From: a plasmid
DNA length: 64,000 bases
Sequence record: NZ_CP041047.1
Reading direction: 5' to 3' (one strand)
This document shows, piece by piece, positions 21,071 to 32,426 of the stretch. The notes beneath the pieces were generated by a model. The model made no database searches. It was not told the DNA's origin and worked only from the letters and a program-made list of their open reading frames with translations. The translations under genes and the position numbers were made by a program. Numbering within the stretch: the stretch's first letter is position 1; each line of letters starts with the position of its first letter.

Positions 21071-21496
21071 GTGATGAGAAAAATAATATTAAATGCGGTT
21101 GTTTGTTTATTTGCAATTAATGCATCAAGTTTCGCAATATCAGCGGAAAGCTCTCCATCTCGTGACGAACTGAATGACGTGATGAAAGTTCATGCTTCCG
21201 AGATTGCTGCTGTTATCGCATGTAAAGACTACCTCGAAAATGGCGAGGAACGTTTGACTGAAGCGAAATCAAAAGCTGGCCGTGTACTGGGTAAGATGGT
21301 AGGCAATCAAGCCAAGGGTAGCGAGTATGCTAGTCGGATTCTGGTAACTGTTAACGAAGCTAAGCCAGATGAGCAACTGAAGGCTGAATTCGACAAGGTC
21401 AACCTTGACCACTCAGTCCGCGTTGCAAAATGCGCTCAGCTAGTAGCTGGTAATGCCGCACGTGCGGACGATGCTGATATCAATTATCTGAATTAA
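21071..21496 (+). CDS. secreted protein
   Basis: signal peptide MMRKIILNAVVCLFAINASSFA. Confidence 0.4.
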   Translation: MMRKIILNAVVCLFAINASSFAISAESSPSRDELNDVMKVHASEIAAVIACKDYLENGEERLTEAKSKAGRVLGKMVGNQAKGSEYASRILVTVNEAKPDEQLKAEFDKVNLDHSVRVAKCAQLVAGNAARADDADINYLN

Positions 21497-21506
21497 GAGG
21501 CTAGCA

Positions 21507-22112
21507 ATGGCGAAGATCAGGATCACTCATCGTTATGACATCAATAAAGACATGTTCTATGGCGTAGAAACTAACCAGCCATATGAAAAGGTTGTTCAGA
21601 GGTTAGCTTATCTCCAATTGATTCATTCCACGTTGCCTGATTTTCCCTACATGGCTAATTGCCTGGAACAGGCCGATGCAGTAGAACTCTATTGTCGAAT
21701 CTTTGGTGGTATTCCTTTAAACACAAATCAACATTATACCGCAGAGATTGATTTATATAGGAACTGGGAAATAGATACACGCGAACTCGTTAATGACATT
21801 AATTGCCAAAATTCAATTGCCATTTCCGGCTGCGTAGAAAAAATATTTAAATACATTGTTGAAAACTCTGTTCAGATCTATCAGCTCACAAAAGAAGCTT
21901 ATAAATTAGGGCAGGGCATGACTAATAATGAAAAAGAAGAAATGGCTCTTTTACTGATTTATATGGATTGGCAACTTCAAAGGATGGATCGTGTTTTAAT
22001 GGGTGAGAATATTCAAAAAGAGTGGGATTGGCGGGATTTTGAGGGAAGGTTAATTTCAGATATTTCGTATTCACCGACCGAGCAACCTGACCTATACATC
22101 CACAAAGATTAA
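21507..22112 (+). CDS. hypothetical protein
   Basis: 201-aa ORF. Confidence 0.4.
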   Translation: MAKIRITHRYDINKDMFYGVETNQPYEKVVQRLAYLQLIHSTLPDFPYMANCLEQADAVELYCRIFGGIPLNTNQHYTAEIDLYRNWEIDTRELVNDINCQNSIAISGCVEKIFKYIVENSVQIYQLTKEAYKLGQGMTNNEKEEMALLLIYMDWQLQRMDRVLMGENIQKEWDWRDFEGRLISDISYSPTEQPDLYIHKD

Positions 22113-22519
22113 TGTTATTGACGCACAAGTAGAAAATATTAAGACCTGGCACAAATAGGAGGCAAACACATTAGAAAAAATTAACCATGTATTTATGATG
22201 GGTTCTGTTAAGCCTAAAATCGGGGTAGTAATAGATCTGTTATTGAAAATGCCAGACATGCTGATAGAGTTGAACGAATGATAAACGTTTCACCTTCTCT
22301 GCTCTGGCGGATGCCAGTTTATGGATGTGCATACTGGAACTATTTGAAATATTTGGGTAGAGGGATCTACTTAATATGTAATGTGATTAAAAACATTCTG
22401 TTTTCTATGTGGTCAAAAAGTTCAGTATGAGTGATATATGATTGATGATTACAAAAGCTTCCTCAAAAACCCCGGAAATTTACCGGAACTAATTAGTTAC
22501 TCTCCGTCAGGCAGACCTA

Positions 22520-23716
<1,197 letters not shown>

Positions 23717-24353
23717 CTAGCTTAACGAGACGAGTTGAAGATCGCCTTAAATGCGCACTTATCCTCGGCTACCTCAAGCCCGGTGATAAGGTGGTAACAA
23801 AAAACATCGCCGATGCTATGAAAATGAGCGTCACGCCCGTCCGTGAAAGCCTGATACGTTTGTCTGCCAGTAGTGCTCTTGCTTTGACCCCATCACATGC
23901 CTTTTTCGTGCCCGTCATCACCAGTGAGCAGTTCAACGAATACATGAGAATGAGGCGATTGATTGAGCCAGAACTGGCAGAAAAGGCCGTACTGAATATG
24001 GATGACAAGAGCTTTGAAGAATGCCTATCTATGTGCCAAAAGCTGCGTTCAGCATATGATCGAAGGGATGTTTATCTGGCACACCAGCTCAACCTCACTC
24101 TACGGCTGAAGCTTTACATACACGCCGATCTGCCTGAATTTTTCAAAATCGTCACCCAACTTTGGATTAACCTGGGGCCAACTCTGAGTTACACGTTCGA
24201 ATCTGACTCGGAGGAGAAATGGCCAATATTTTTCTCGTCGCTTGAACTCGCACTTTCAAACAGGGATGCAGGGGCAGCAGCAGATGCCATTAGAGAGTCA
24301 CTGGATAAGGGGTTGCGGATCTACCTGAGCCTGTTAACCGAGCAAGGTGAGTA

Positions 24354-24375
24354 AACCGGCTACTAGTAGCCGGTT
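24354..24375. terminator. bidirectional hairpin between convergent gntR-like and parR genes
   Basis: perfect palindrome AACCGGCTACTAGTAGCCGGTT. Confidence 0.5.
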
Positions 24376-24380
24376 CTGAT

Positions 24381-24767
24381 TCAACGTTTGAGGTTTTGCA
24401 TCATCAGGGAGGGTTTAGGAATTTGTTCTTTCTGCTCAGCAGGCTTATCCGAATCAATGGTGGTTGCTGCTCGGATACCTGTGGCCTGGGTTTCCACTGA
24501 TGAAGAATTCCGTTCAACGGCTATGCCCAGCGTTTGCGACAGGATGTTGCTCAGCGTTTCGGCATTAAACGATGTCGTAGTTTGCGCTGCCAGCAAATTA
24601 ATTAACCGAGGGTCGAGCTCATGCAAGGCAGAGGCTATTACCAGTGCCTTACGGTAAAATTCCCCCCGGGAGCGTCGGGGTAAGCGCTCCATAATATCAA
24701 GAGCTTTACCGTCTTCTGGATTATTGCCGGGCCGGAGCCAGACGAGTAAACGTTTATCTTCTTCCAT
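24381..24767 (-). CDS. parR: ParR/StbB-like partition adaptor protein
   Basis: 128 aa from ATG 24767 (GAGGT RBS, 5 nt after parM stop); similarity to R1 ParR N-terminal RHH region. Confidence 0.55.
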   Translation of the reverse strand: MEEDKRLLVWLRPGNNPEDGKALDIMERLPRRSRGEFYRKALVIASALHELDPRLINLLAAQTTTSFNAETLSNILSQTLGIAVERNSSSVETQATGIRAATTIDSDKPAEQKEQIPKPSLMMQNLKR

Positions 24768-24780
24768 CACATGACCTCGT

Positions 24781-25743
24781 TTAGACGCTTGCCATAGCTT
24801 TGACGAGCGCGAGCTGCGCGTCAGGCGCTTTGATGACATCCAGCTTAGGGAATAGCTCGACAATATGAGAATGGATGAGCTCAGCACCGCCACCGGCCAG
24901 GATGATTTTGTGGACGCTATTCTGACGACGGATATCAGCTGCAACAGCTTCGGCCAGATTTTTCGACTCAGAATCGATAACAGCAATGATGGCATCGATT
25001 TTAGAGTGATCATTGACCGCAGAAGCAATCAGATCTCTATCATGACGGTTTTTAATGATGATATCTGCAATGGCATAACTGCTTGGAGACTGGGCATCCT
25101 GGAGCGCTGCCATAACAGCTTTCGTCACTCGTGAAACGCCAACATCGCTGTTGCCAAAGATATCGGATATGCCCTCCATTGCCCCCTGAATGATGGCCAG
25201 GTCTAGGGTTGTCCCCCCCAGATCGACAACCAGGGTTCGTGTAAGCTGCGTGGTTGTTTTAGGGTCAATCAGATATTCAGCCGCAGGTACTGATTCAGGC
25301 ATTACGTTAACTTTTACAACATGAAAAGTTTCGCCGTTATTCAGGCTTATTGGGCCCATGACGTTGGCCTTTTTCTTTTCAATGTTAGCTTCGTTCAACT
25401 GTGCATCGCTCGTGAAGAACATGGCCACCGGTAGAGTCACTGTAAGTTCAACGTCCTGTGGCTCAAGCCCGGACGTCAAAAGAGCATGATGAATTGCTAC
25501 ACGACTAACAGCGTCGAACTGGAAAGAGGTATGGGTTGTTGTAATTGCAGATGTTGAGCCAATGTCGTGGGTAAATTTCCGCCCATCAATAAGATAGTTG
25601 TGGATAGTTTTACCACCAAATGCAAGGGGAGTTGCCCAGCCTTCGCGGAAGGCATTCTGCGAAACATGGGTTTTGATTTCACCATTCTCAACCCAAGCAA
25701 GTTTTACGTTCGTTGAGCCGTCATCACAAGCGATGTTCATCAT
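24781..25743 (-). CDS. parM: ParM/StbA-family actin-like segregation ATPase
   Basis: MMNIACDDGSTNVKLAW actin-fold phosphate-1 motif, DLGGTTLD phosphate-2; start 25743 after GAGGT. Confidence 0.75.
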   Translation of the reverse strand: MMNIACDDGSTNVKLAWVENGEIKTHVSQNAFREGWATPLAFGGKTIHNYLIDGRKFTHDIGSTSAITTTHTSFQFDAVSRVAIHHALLTSGLEPQDVELTVTLPVAMFFTSDAQLNEANIEKKKANVMGPISLNNGETFHVVKVNVMPESVPAAEYLIDPKTTTQLTRTLVVDLGGTTLDLAIIQGAMEGISDIFGNSDVGVSRVTKAVMAALQDAQSPSSYAIADIIIKNRHDRDLIASAVNDHSKIDAIIAVIDSESKNLAEAVAADIRRQNSVHKIILAGGGAELIHSHIVELFPKLDVIKAPDAQLALVKAMASV

Positions 25744-26479
25744 GGTATATACCTCATTAAAATGTTCAAAAGTATCGAAAATCCCAGTCATTTTAGATAG
25801 TAAGCTATCATGAAGCAAGGAATGCGCACCTGTAGCGCACATTTAATGTCCGCGAAATGACTATAAAAAGTGAATTACGAGTGTGTTAAACAGGAACGAT
25901 TCTAGCGGATTGAAATCTGGAGGGTAAACGAGCAAGAGAGATGTAAACGTAATATGCAGAGGTCGGTAGCCCTGGAACATCAACGGTAAAAGTAACAAAC
26001 CACCCGAAAAATGAACCAGAGCCACCAGATTAAATTGTGACGGTGGATGGCCAATACTGCAAGGGCTTACAAGATAAAGGCACATACAATGTAAGTCCAC
26101 ATGATAGCGTGTATTGGAAAGAAGAGTCACCAAACTGATAGATTTGACCCGGGCCAAAACTGTAGTCAGCAAACTTCGTAACTTATTGAACGGATTGTAG
26201 TAGACAAGACAGCTTCTGTGTCGCAATTATCTGAGGCCAATTGGAGCTCATACCAAGCCAAAACCCAGTGCGCACAATGAATGATTAAAACACAAATGCC
26301 TTTAAATTCAAGTACATATAACAAAGATTATGTTAAATAACCTCCATAGGTCTATTACTTCATGGTTCACTCATGCGGTCACAGAAATCAGCATGTTGTG
26401 AATTTTGAGATACCTCCCTTTTCTCACATTAGGTCTGTCGTACATTTACTTCACCGCATGCTGATTGTTGGGTATTTCT

Positions 26480-27853
26480 ATGTACTCACTTACCCAGATT
26501 GTAAGTTCAAACGGCCGAAGGCACTGGATTCTGATGGATGTAAAAATCTGTCTGCCAGCACTTTATCCGCTTAGGTATCTAGTTGACCATCTTGAGTATC
26601 GCTCGCTTTCAACTCAATCAGCTTCTCTCCAGGCGATTAAGTTTTTTTATGAGTTCTGGTACATGAAGCATAGAGCCACATTCTGCTATAGCTTTTACTG
26701 CTCGGGACATGACCCTGCAATCGCTATTCAGGAGATGACAGATTTTTTTCAATACTTAGAAAATGGTCGCATGGTCAGCTTCGCACCACGATTACTGCCA
26801 TTTAAACATTCTAGCGGCATGACAAATGCTTCTAGAGTACGTGCAGTGATTAGATTCATAGGCTACCTGATTGCTACCTATGTATCTCCGTACTATCGAA
26901 ATGAAACGCCCAAAGAATTGTCTCGTCATGCATCCCGTCTCAACACTCGATTGCTGATATGTAAAGACGACTTTAAAACTCTGGAAAGAAGCAATCAGCG
27001 GTATTATTCTCGAGTCACTCAAGGATTTCAGAGCATGACTGGTGATATGGTTGAAAATGTATATCGCATAGTCGTACCGAGTTCAAAACATAAAAATAAC
27101 CTTCTAAACCCCTTCCCTTCAGGATTTATTCAATTTCGCAATTATTTAATTATACGGTTAATGCTCAACTATGGGTTGCGTGTTGGTGAGTTGTTATTGT
27201 TAGAGTGCTCATCGGTTAAAGCTAGTATCAGTGGAGATAAATTTAGCTTAATCATTAGTATGCCTCAAAATATGACCGATCCAAGAACACATGCACCATC
27301 ATTAAAAAATGAGTACTCACATCGAGTTTTGGAACTAGATAAAGCAGATTATGAATTTCTTATTATTTACATGCAGAAAATTAGGAGAAAATCAATAACT
27401 CACAACTTCATATTTGCATCAAGACAAAATCCTGAAAGCCCTTTATCCTATAATGCAGTACATTTGATTTTCTCTGAGATAGATAAGGTTTTTTCACTTA
27501 ACTATCCTGAATGTAAATCAGCAGAGCGCTTTGATGCTCTAATGAAATTTACACCTCATGTTACACGGCATACATGGGCTTACTTAACTATAAAGAAACT
27601 ATATAATTTACAAAATAAAAGATTTAATGGCGCTGGTAATGATTTTGTCAAAAACTCACTTTCAATAGGGGTGATGGATGAGGCAAAAGAGACTCTCCGT
27701 TTGCTGGGCGGTTGGAGTATAAAAAGTCAAATGCCTGAACTTTATGCAAAAAGATTTTTATCTGAGCAAGCCAATGCTGAAAATATCCATCGATTATTAC
27801 AACATGATTCTGAGCTCGATTACTTGATGAAGGAGTTGTTTGATGGATATTAA
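26480..27853 (+). CDS. tyrosine recombinase 1 of tandem trio (RitA/GinA-like)
   Basis: box I GLRVGELLLLE, box II HVTRHTWAYL...LLGGWS...ELYAKRF; overlaps next gene. Confidence 0.8.
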   Translation: MYSLTQIVSSNGRRHWILMDVKICLPALYPLRYLVDHLEYRSLSTQSASLQAIKFFYEFWYMKHRATFCYSFYCSGHDPAIAIQEMTDFFQYLENGRMVSFAPRLLPFKHSSGMTNASRVRAVIRFIGYLIATYVSPYYRNETPKELSRHASRLNTRLLICKDDFKTLERSNQRYYSRVTQGFQSMTGDMVENVYRIVVPSSKHKNNLLNPFPSGFIQFRNYLIIRLMLNYGLRVGELLLLECSSVKASISGDKFSLIISMPQNMTDPRTHAPSLKNEYSHRVLELDKADYEFLIIYMQKIRRKSITHNFIFASRQNPESPLSYNAVHLIFSEIDKVFSLNYPECKSAERFDALMKFTPHVTRHTWAYLTIKKLYNLQNKRFNGAGNDFVKNSLSIGVMDEAKETLRLLGGWSIKSQMPELYAKRFLSEQANAENIHRLLQHDSELDYLMKELFDGY

Positions 27854-29393
27854 ATATAATAAACAGTCTCTATCAGACTCTAGAATGTTTGATCGAAATC
27901 TATCTTCAAAACTAGAATGTTTAGTCATTCCTAAAGATGTTTTTTTGAAATCTAGCAGCGATTTTGATGATAAGCATATTCACAACGGGGAAAATAAATG
28001 GGTTTTTTATTATTCAGGAAGCAAGCGATATGTTTACTTCAAGCTTGATAAGTTAACCAATACTCTATTGAAGTACTTTTGTTTCAAATATGCATCCACG
28101 ATGTTCCCAACTTTCTTACCAGTACTGTCATATCAGTGGACACAAGCATTCAATTACTGTAGTGAAAATGGCGGTTTTAGATTGAACACTTTGCGACAGT
28201 ATATTGAAAACGATGACCTAGATGCCAGGGGCTTCTATTCTATATTATTCGGACTGAAGATCCTTTGCTCTGAAGAGTTTCCTGGATTTACTTTGGAAGA
28301 CTATGAGGATCTTGAGTTTATACCCAGACCAAATGCGTTTAACTGGGATATTTATCAGGATATTGACAATCTCCTCGATCCTTTTGAAAAAAACATGATA
28401 AGTAAAGGATTATTTGAAATGGCAGCGGCGTTGGCTAGGGGAAAATATTATGACATCAGAGAACTCAAACATGCCGCAATACTCGGATTAAGTTATGTTA
28501 CTGGGGCACGTCCTGTGCAGTTGGCAAAATTAGCTGTTAAAGACTTGCGTCTTGATACCTGTGATAATAGCACCGGACTATTTCGATACAGTATTCTGCT
28601 ACCTTACGTCAAACAACGACGCCTTACGACCGACCGTTTACTGCTGGCTATTCCACCGGAAATTGGTGCGATAATTAAGCAATATGTGGAGCGAACCCAG
28701 TTATTACCTGATGATAAAATGTTCGACATGGGAGTGTCCGCCCCTGCTTTTGCCTCTAAGTCTATAAGCCAAGCAATTCTAAACTTCAGCCCACCTGATT
28801 ATCAAACTGCCGTTGCTTGCGGCGAGGCAGCCCTACCAACAATCACATCAACCGATTTACGCCACAACGTTGGTCACTCACTAGCTATGCAAGGAGCCAG
28901 TGCGGAGGAGATTGCTCACATTCTTGGCCATTCATCTCTAGTTGTAGCAAAGCACTACATCCTGGCGACACCAGCCTTGGCATTGATCCGCGCTAAAGCT
29001 CTTGGTTCTAACCCCGTCTGGCAAAACATGGTGGCTATGATGTTGACTGGGAAATTGGTCACTTCAAAAGAATGGCAAGGTCGACGTGTGGTTGGAATTG
29101 TTGGGGACCGGCTGCACTACGAGATCGGCGGTTGTTCTAGAGCCGATGACGAATGCCCTTTCTGTGAAGTCCGTTGCTGTTATGGTTGCTTATATTACCG
29201 CCCTTTCCTCGATGGTCATCACCAGGACGTATTAGAAAGCGTCTCTAAAGAAGTCGATGAGCTAATAGCTGTTTCTGATTGCGTCGGGAATGCTCACAAT
29301 CCACTAATTTCTATCCACGAAACAACGCAGATCGAAGTCAAGTCAGTAATAGCCCGTTGTCATTTGCATCACGTCAAAGGTTGTGAACAATGA
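27840..29393 (+). CDS. tyrosine recombinase 2 of tandem trio (RitB/GinB-like)
   Basis: GARPVQLAKL (box I R), LRHNVGHSLA...ILGHSSLVVAKHY (box II H-x-x-R...Y); Cys-rich tail CPFCEVRCCYGC; overlaps flanking genes. Confidence 0.8.
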   Translation: MMDIKYNKQSLSDSRMFDRNLSSKLECLVIPKDVFLKSSSDFDDKHIHNGENKWVFYYSGSKRYVYFKLDKLTNTLLKYFCFKYASTMFPTFLPVLSYQWTQAFNYCSENGGFRLNTLRQYIENDDLDARGFYSILFGLKILCSEEFPGFTLEDYEDLEFIPRPNAFNWDIYQDIDNLLDPFEKNMISKGLFEMAAALARGKYYDIRELKHAAILGLSYVTGARPVQLAKLAVKDLRLDTCDNSTGLFRYSILLPYVKQRRLTTDRLLLAIPPEIGAIIKQYVERTQLLPDDKMFDMGVSAPAFASKSISQAILNFSPPDYQTAVACGEAALPTITSTDLRHNVGHSLAMQGASAEEIAHILGHSSLVVAKHYILATPALALIRAKALGSNPVWQNMVAMMLTGKLVTSKEWQGRRVVGIVGDRLHYEIGGCSRADDECPFCEVRCCYGCLYYRPFLDGHHQDVLESVSKEVDELIAVSDCVGNAHNPLISIHETTQIEVKSVIARCHLHHVKGCEQ

Positions 29394-31753
29394 AAAAAAA
29401 TATTGAGAACTTTGACACTTTTATTACGGAACAAAAAGCCTGGTTCGGTGAGAATCTGGCAGCAGATTTTGCAGAGTCATGGGATAGCCGTACATGGGTG
29501 TGTGGGCGCAAAGGCTCCGGCTGGTTACGTGGCAATGGTGATAGTGTATTGCGTTTCGATGAAATTAATCGGCTCAAAGGGATCGACGAGCACCATACTT
29601 TATCCGAGCCTTATCAGCTGTTCATGAAAGCCATGTTGGTACTCGTCTACCGAGCTAGAAATCGCAGTATTTCCCCTGCGGTTGCTGTTGCAACGCTGGT
29701 TATTTTGAAACGCTGGTACTGCGCTCTCTTCAAGTTAACCGGGCAAACGCATCCCATCTATCTGACTACAGATGTCGTACGTAGCGCAATGGATACTCTG
29801 AGTGCTGCATCCCGGCCAGGTGATCCCAACGTTGCCAATTACAAGGGGCGTTGCGTTAAGATTCAAAAATTAGTAAACCATCACGCCTTCACATTAGTAA
29901 CACTGCAATATGTATCCGATGATCGTTATACCAATCAGACTAATTTGACCCGAAAAGCCCGGGAAACAATCGCTCTAAAACAAAAAGACAAGCTGGATGA
30001 TACGGCCACTGATGGTGAAGATGCTCTGATTACAATTAGAGGGTTCCTCAATATAGTGTCATTAATCCAGCGAGTCGAAAGCAGCACTGAAAAGATTGCT
30101 CTCAATTGCCTTCTGTTACTGATCGTCACCGGATTTCGTTCTGTCGAAGCATTCAATCTCAGGCAGGATGCGTTAGTCAAACGACAAATAGATAGCCAAA
30201 ATATTAGTAGGCACCTGAAAGATAAGGGGTTACCGGATTATTTTCTTGGCATCCGTTATATTGGTGTTAAGGGAGCAGGTGAACGAACACATTGGGTCGA
30301 GCCCTTAGCGGTCCCTTTGGTTGAGAGCATATTCAGCTCGGTTAAGTCGCTAACAGTTGAGTTACGAAAGCATCTCGCAAATTTACGCTCAAAAGAATTT
30401 GCTGATTATTTACCTGAGGCAATCTGTGAATTTGAGGGTGAACTCGTTGAACTCGATGATATTGTAGAACACATAGCCCAGTCCTCATCAGAGCTTCGTG
30501 GTCGTGCAGGATTACGTGATAAAGTGTCGAAAGCGTTATCAAAACGAGGCTGTATCCCGACTCAAGTCATTCTTGGAACACGTAATCAGAAAGGAAAATA
30601 TTACTCAAAATCAGACCTTAGCCTTTTTCTTAAAAATGAATTTGGTGATAACAGCGAAAATACTCCCTGTACTCACGCATGGATAGAAAATGGCAAAAGA
30701 TATGAGGTTATGTATGAGGATTTATTGTTCCTTTTCCCTAAAGGATCTCTGACTTTAAAAAGAGGGTTGGAGCTGAAAACAACACCACAGCCACTTAGTA
30801 ATGCTGGACTAAACAAATTTCTCGGTAACGTTGACGGTCATTCTTCGGTCTTCAGTAAATATAGGCTGCTCGAAGATGATGGCCGCCCCACCCAGCTCCG
30901 TACTCATATTCCTCGTCACAATATAAACACTTTTCTCGCTATTGCTGAGATTTCAGACCACTTACAAGCGATGCTGATGGGGCGTGTTGATATCACTCAA
31001 AATCAGCATTATCAGCACCTGGCTCTCAAGGAACGGCGAAAAGCAGCTTCTCTAACCCCTTTAGTTCCAACCGTACCGGAGCAGTCAGCATCTAGTGCTG
31101 TTGACGTTGATTCACCTCTCGATGCGGTAAAGAAAAGTGGTTTAATGACGTTTAATCGCGTCCAGAGCCTGGAAATAAATATAAAGGCAAACCTACATAC
31201 CTTCGATGACCGTAACGATGTTGCAGGCTTCATTGAAGCGTCCTTAGGTGATGGATTATTCGAAGACATTGCCGCTGCGTTTGAAGAAATCAGTAAAAAC
31301 GAAGGGCCATCGCAAGCATCTGAAATGGTGCAAAGGCACGCTGTACTGCATCCATTGAAATTGGGTTCTTGCATGAGAGACGTTAACTTGTGGGGATGCC
31401 CTTATCGAATGAAGTGTCAGGCATTGAAGCCCTGTGAGCATTTCACGTTGACCGGGCGTGTTGATGAATACTCCGCTGTTGTATTCAAAGGTAGGGCATT
31501 AAACGAGGCCAAACTTGCTTTTGAACAGTATACCGCAGCCCTTTCTGACAACCAGCTAGTGCAAGGCAATATTGACGATAGTCTTGCACAGCTAGATGCA
31601 CTAAGTGAGCAATTACGCAGACGCTCAAACTCGTTGGAAGCAATTACCTCACAGGCACTTCTGTCAGGAGAAATAAAGGTGGAAGGTGAAATTCGTACAC
31701 TGGCTCAATTATTTGCTATCGAGTACCAAAAAATCAAACAAGGAGAAGACTGA
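29390..31753 (+). CDS. tyrosine recombinase 3 of tandem trio (RitC/GinC-like), long form
   Basis: TGFRSVEAFNL (box I), IPRHNINTFLA...MLMGRVDITQNQHYQH (box II); 787 aa. Confidence 0.8.
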   Translation: MKKNIENFDTFITEQKAWFGENLAADFAESWDSRTWVCGRKGSGWLRGNGDSVLRFDEINRLKGIDEHHTLSEPYQLFMKAMLVLVYRARNRSISPAVAVATLVILKRWYCALFKLTGQTHPIYLTTDVVRSAMDTLSAASRPGDPNVANYKGRCVKIQKLVNHHAFTLVTLQYVSDDRYTNQTNLTRKARETIALKQKDKLDDTATDGEDALITIRGFLNIVSLIQRVESSTEKIALNCLLLLIVTGFRSVEAFNLRQDALVKRQIDSQNISRHLKDKGLPDYFLGIRYIGVKGAGERTHWVEPLAVPLVESIFSSVKSLTVELRKHLANLRSKEFADYLPEAICEFEGELVELDDIVEHIAQSSSELRGRAGLRDKVSKALSKRGCIPTQVILGTRNQKGKYYSKSDLSLFLKNEFGDNSENTPCTHAWIENGKRYEVMYEDLLFLFPKGSLTLKRGLELKTTPQPLSNAGLNKFLGNVDGHSSVFSKYRLLEDDGRPTQLRTHIPRHNINTFLAIAEISDHLQAMLMGRVDITQNQHYQHLALKERRKAASLTPLVPTVPEQSASSAVDVDSPLDAVKKSGLMTFNRVQSLEINIKANLHTFDDRNDVAGFIEASLGDGLFEDIAAAFEEISKNEGPSQASEMVQRHAVLHPLKLGSCMRDVNLWGCPYRMKCQALKPCEHFTLTGRVDEYSAVVFKGRALNEAKLAFEQYTAALSDNQLVQGNIDDSLAQLDALSEQLRRRSNSLEAITSQALLSGEIKVEGEIRTLAQLFAIEYQKIKQGED

Positions 31754-31890
31754 TGCGTGGTAAAGAACTGGATACTCAGATCGAGCATGAGCTCCAACTG
31801 ATGCTGATTGAAGGGTTTGATAAATCGCCTATTTCGGCTAAAAGCTTGCATGCCAGACTTAAATCAAATGCATCATCAATGGCGGCTTAA
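31753..31890 (+). CDS. small ORF translationally coupled (TGATG) to third recombinase; GinD-like position
   Basis: 45-aa ORF read directly; below the size cut-off of the ORF track. Confidence 0.3.
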   Translation: MRGKELDTQIEHELQLMLIEGFDKSPISAKSLHARLKSNASSMAA

Positions 31891-31988
31891 GTACATTAAG
31901 TAACATTGAACGAAAACGTCTTATTGCAGCCTATGTCGATCAACAATTATCCCCTCTAAATCTTCGTCCCAAAGAAAAGCAGCAGTAT

Positions 31989-32234
31989 GTGAATCGTAAG
32001 ACGCGCCAGGCTTTACTTGGTCGTAATCAGCAGTTGCAGGAGGAAAATAAAGAGCTACGTGAACAACTTGCACAAAACACCCTGTCATTGATTGAAATTG
32101 TCAAAGCAGTAAAAATCAATACTGTGATACCAGTCGAAAGCCTGCTGGCGCCTCACGTTCTTAGGGAGTTGATAAAAAAAATTGATTTCACGTGGTCAGT
32201 GCCACGTATGGCTATGGTGTGTCTTATTGCTTAA
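31989..32234 (+). CDS. small coiled-coil protein
   Basis: 81 aa, N-terminal heptad-rich QQLQEENKELREQLAQN. Confidence 0.35.
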   Translation: MNRKTRQALLGRNQQLQEENKELREQLAQNTLSLIEIVKAVKINTVIPVESLLAPHVLRELIKKIDFTWSVPRMAMVCLIA

Positions 32235-32426
32235 AAATTTTCGTATACGAAAACATGAAGCCGAGAATTATAGTGGGCACTAACCCTCGACTCCCCCGAT
32301 CTTTCATGATCTTTCTTCAGCCAAATCAGGAGCAGCTTTGCATCACAGCTAAATCAGAAAATGTGTGTAATAATTCCTTCCAATTCAATGCAGATACAAC
32401 ATTTTTGGTTTATGAGGGAACGATAA

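Noticed and set aside
25861-26226. 121-aa minus ORF between parM and the recombinase trio
   Set aside because: No RBS and hydrophobic low-complexity sequence. The region is more likely parC/promoter DNA.
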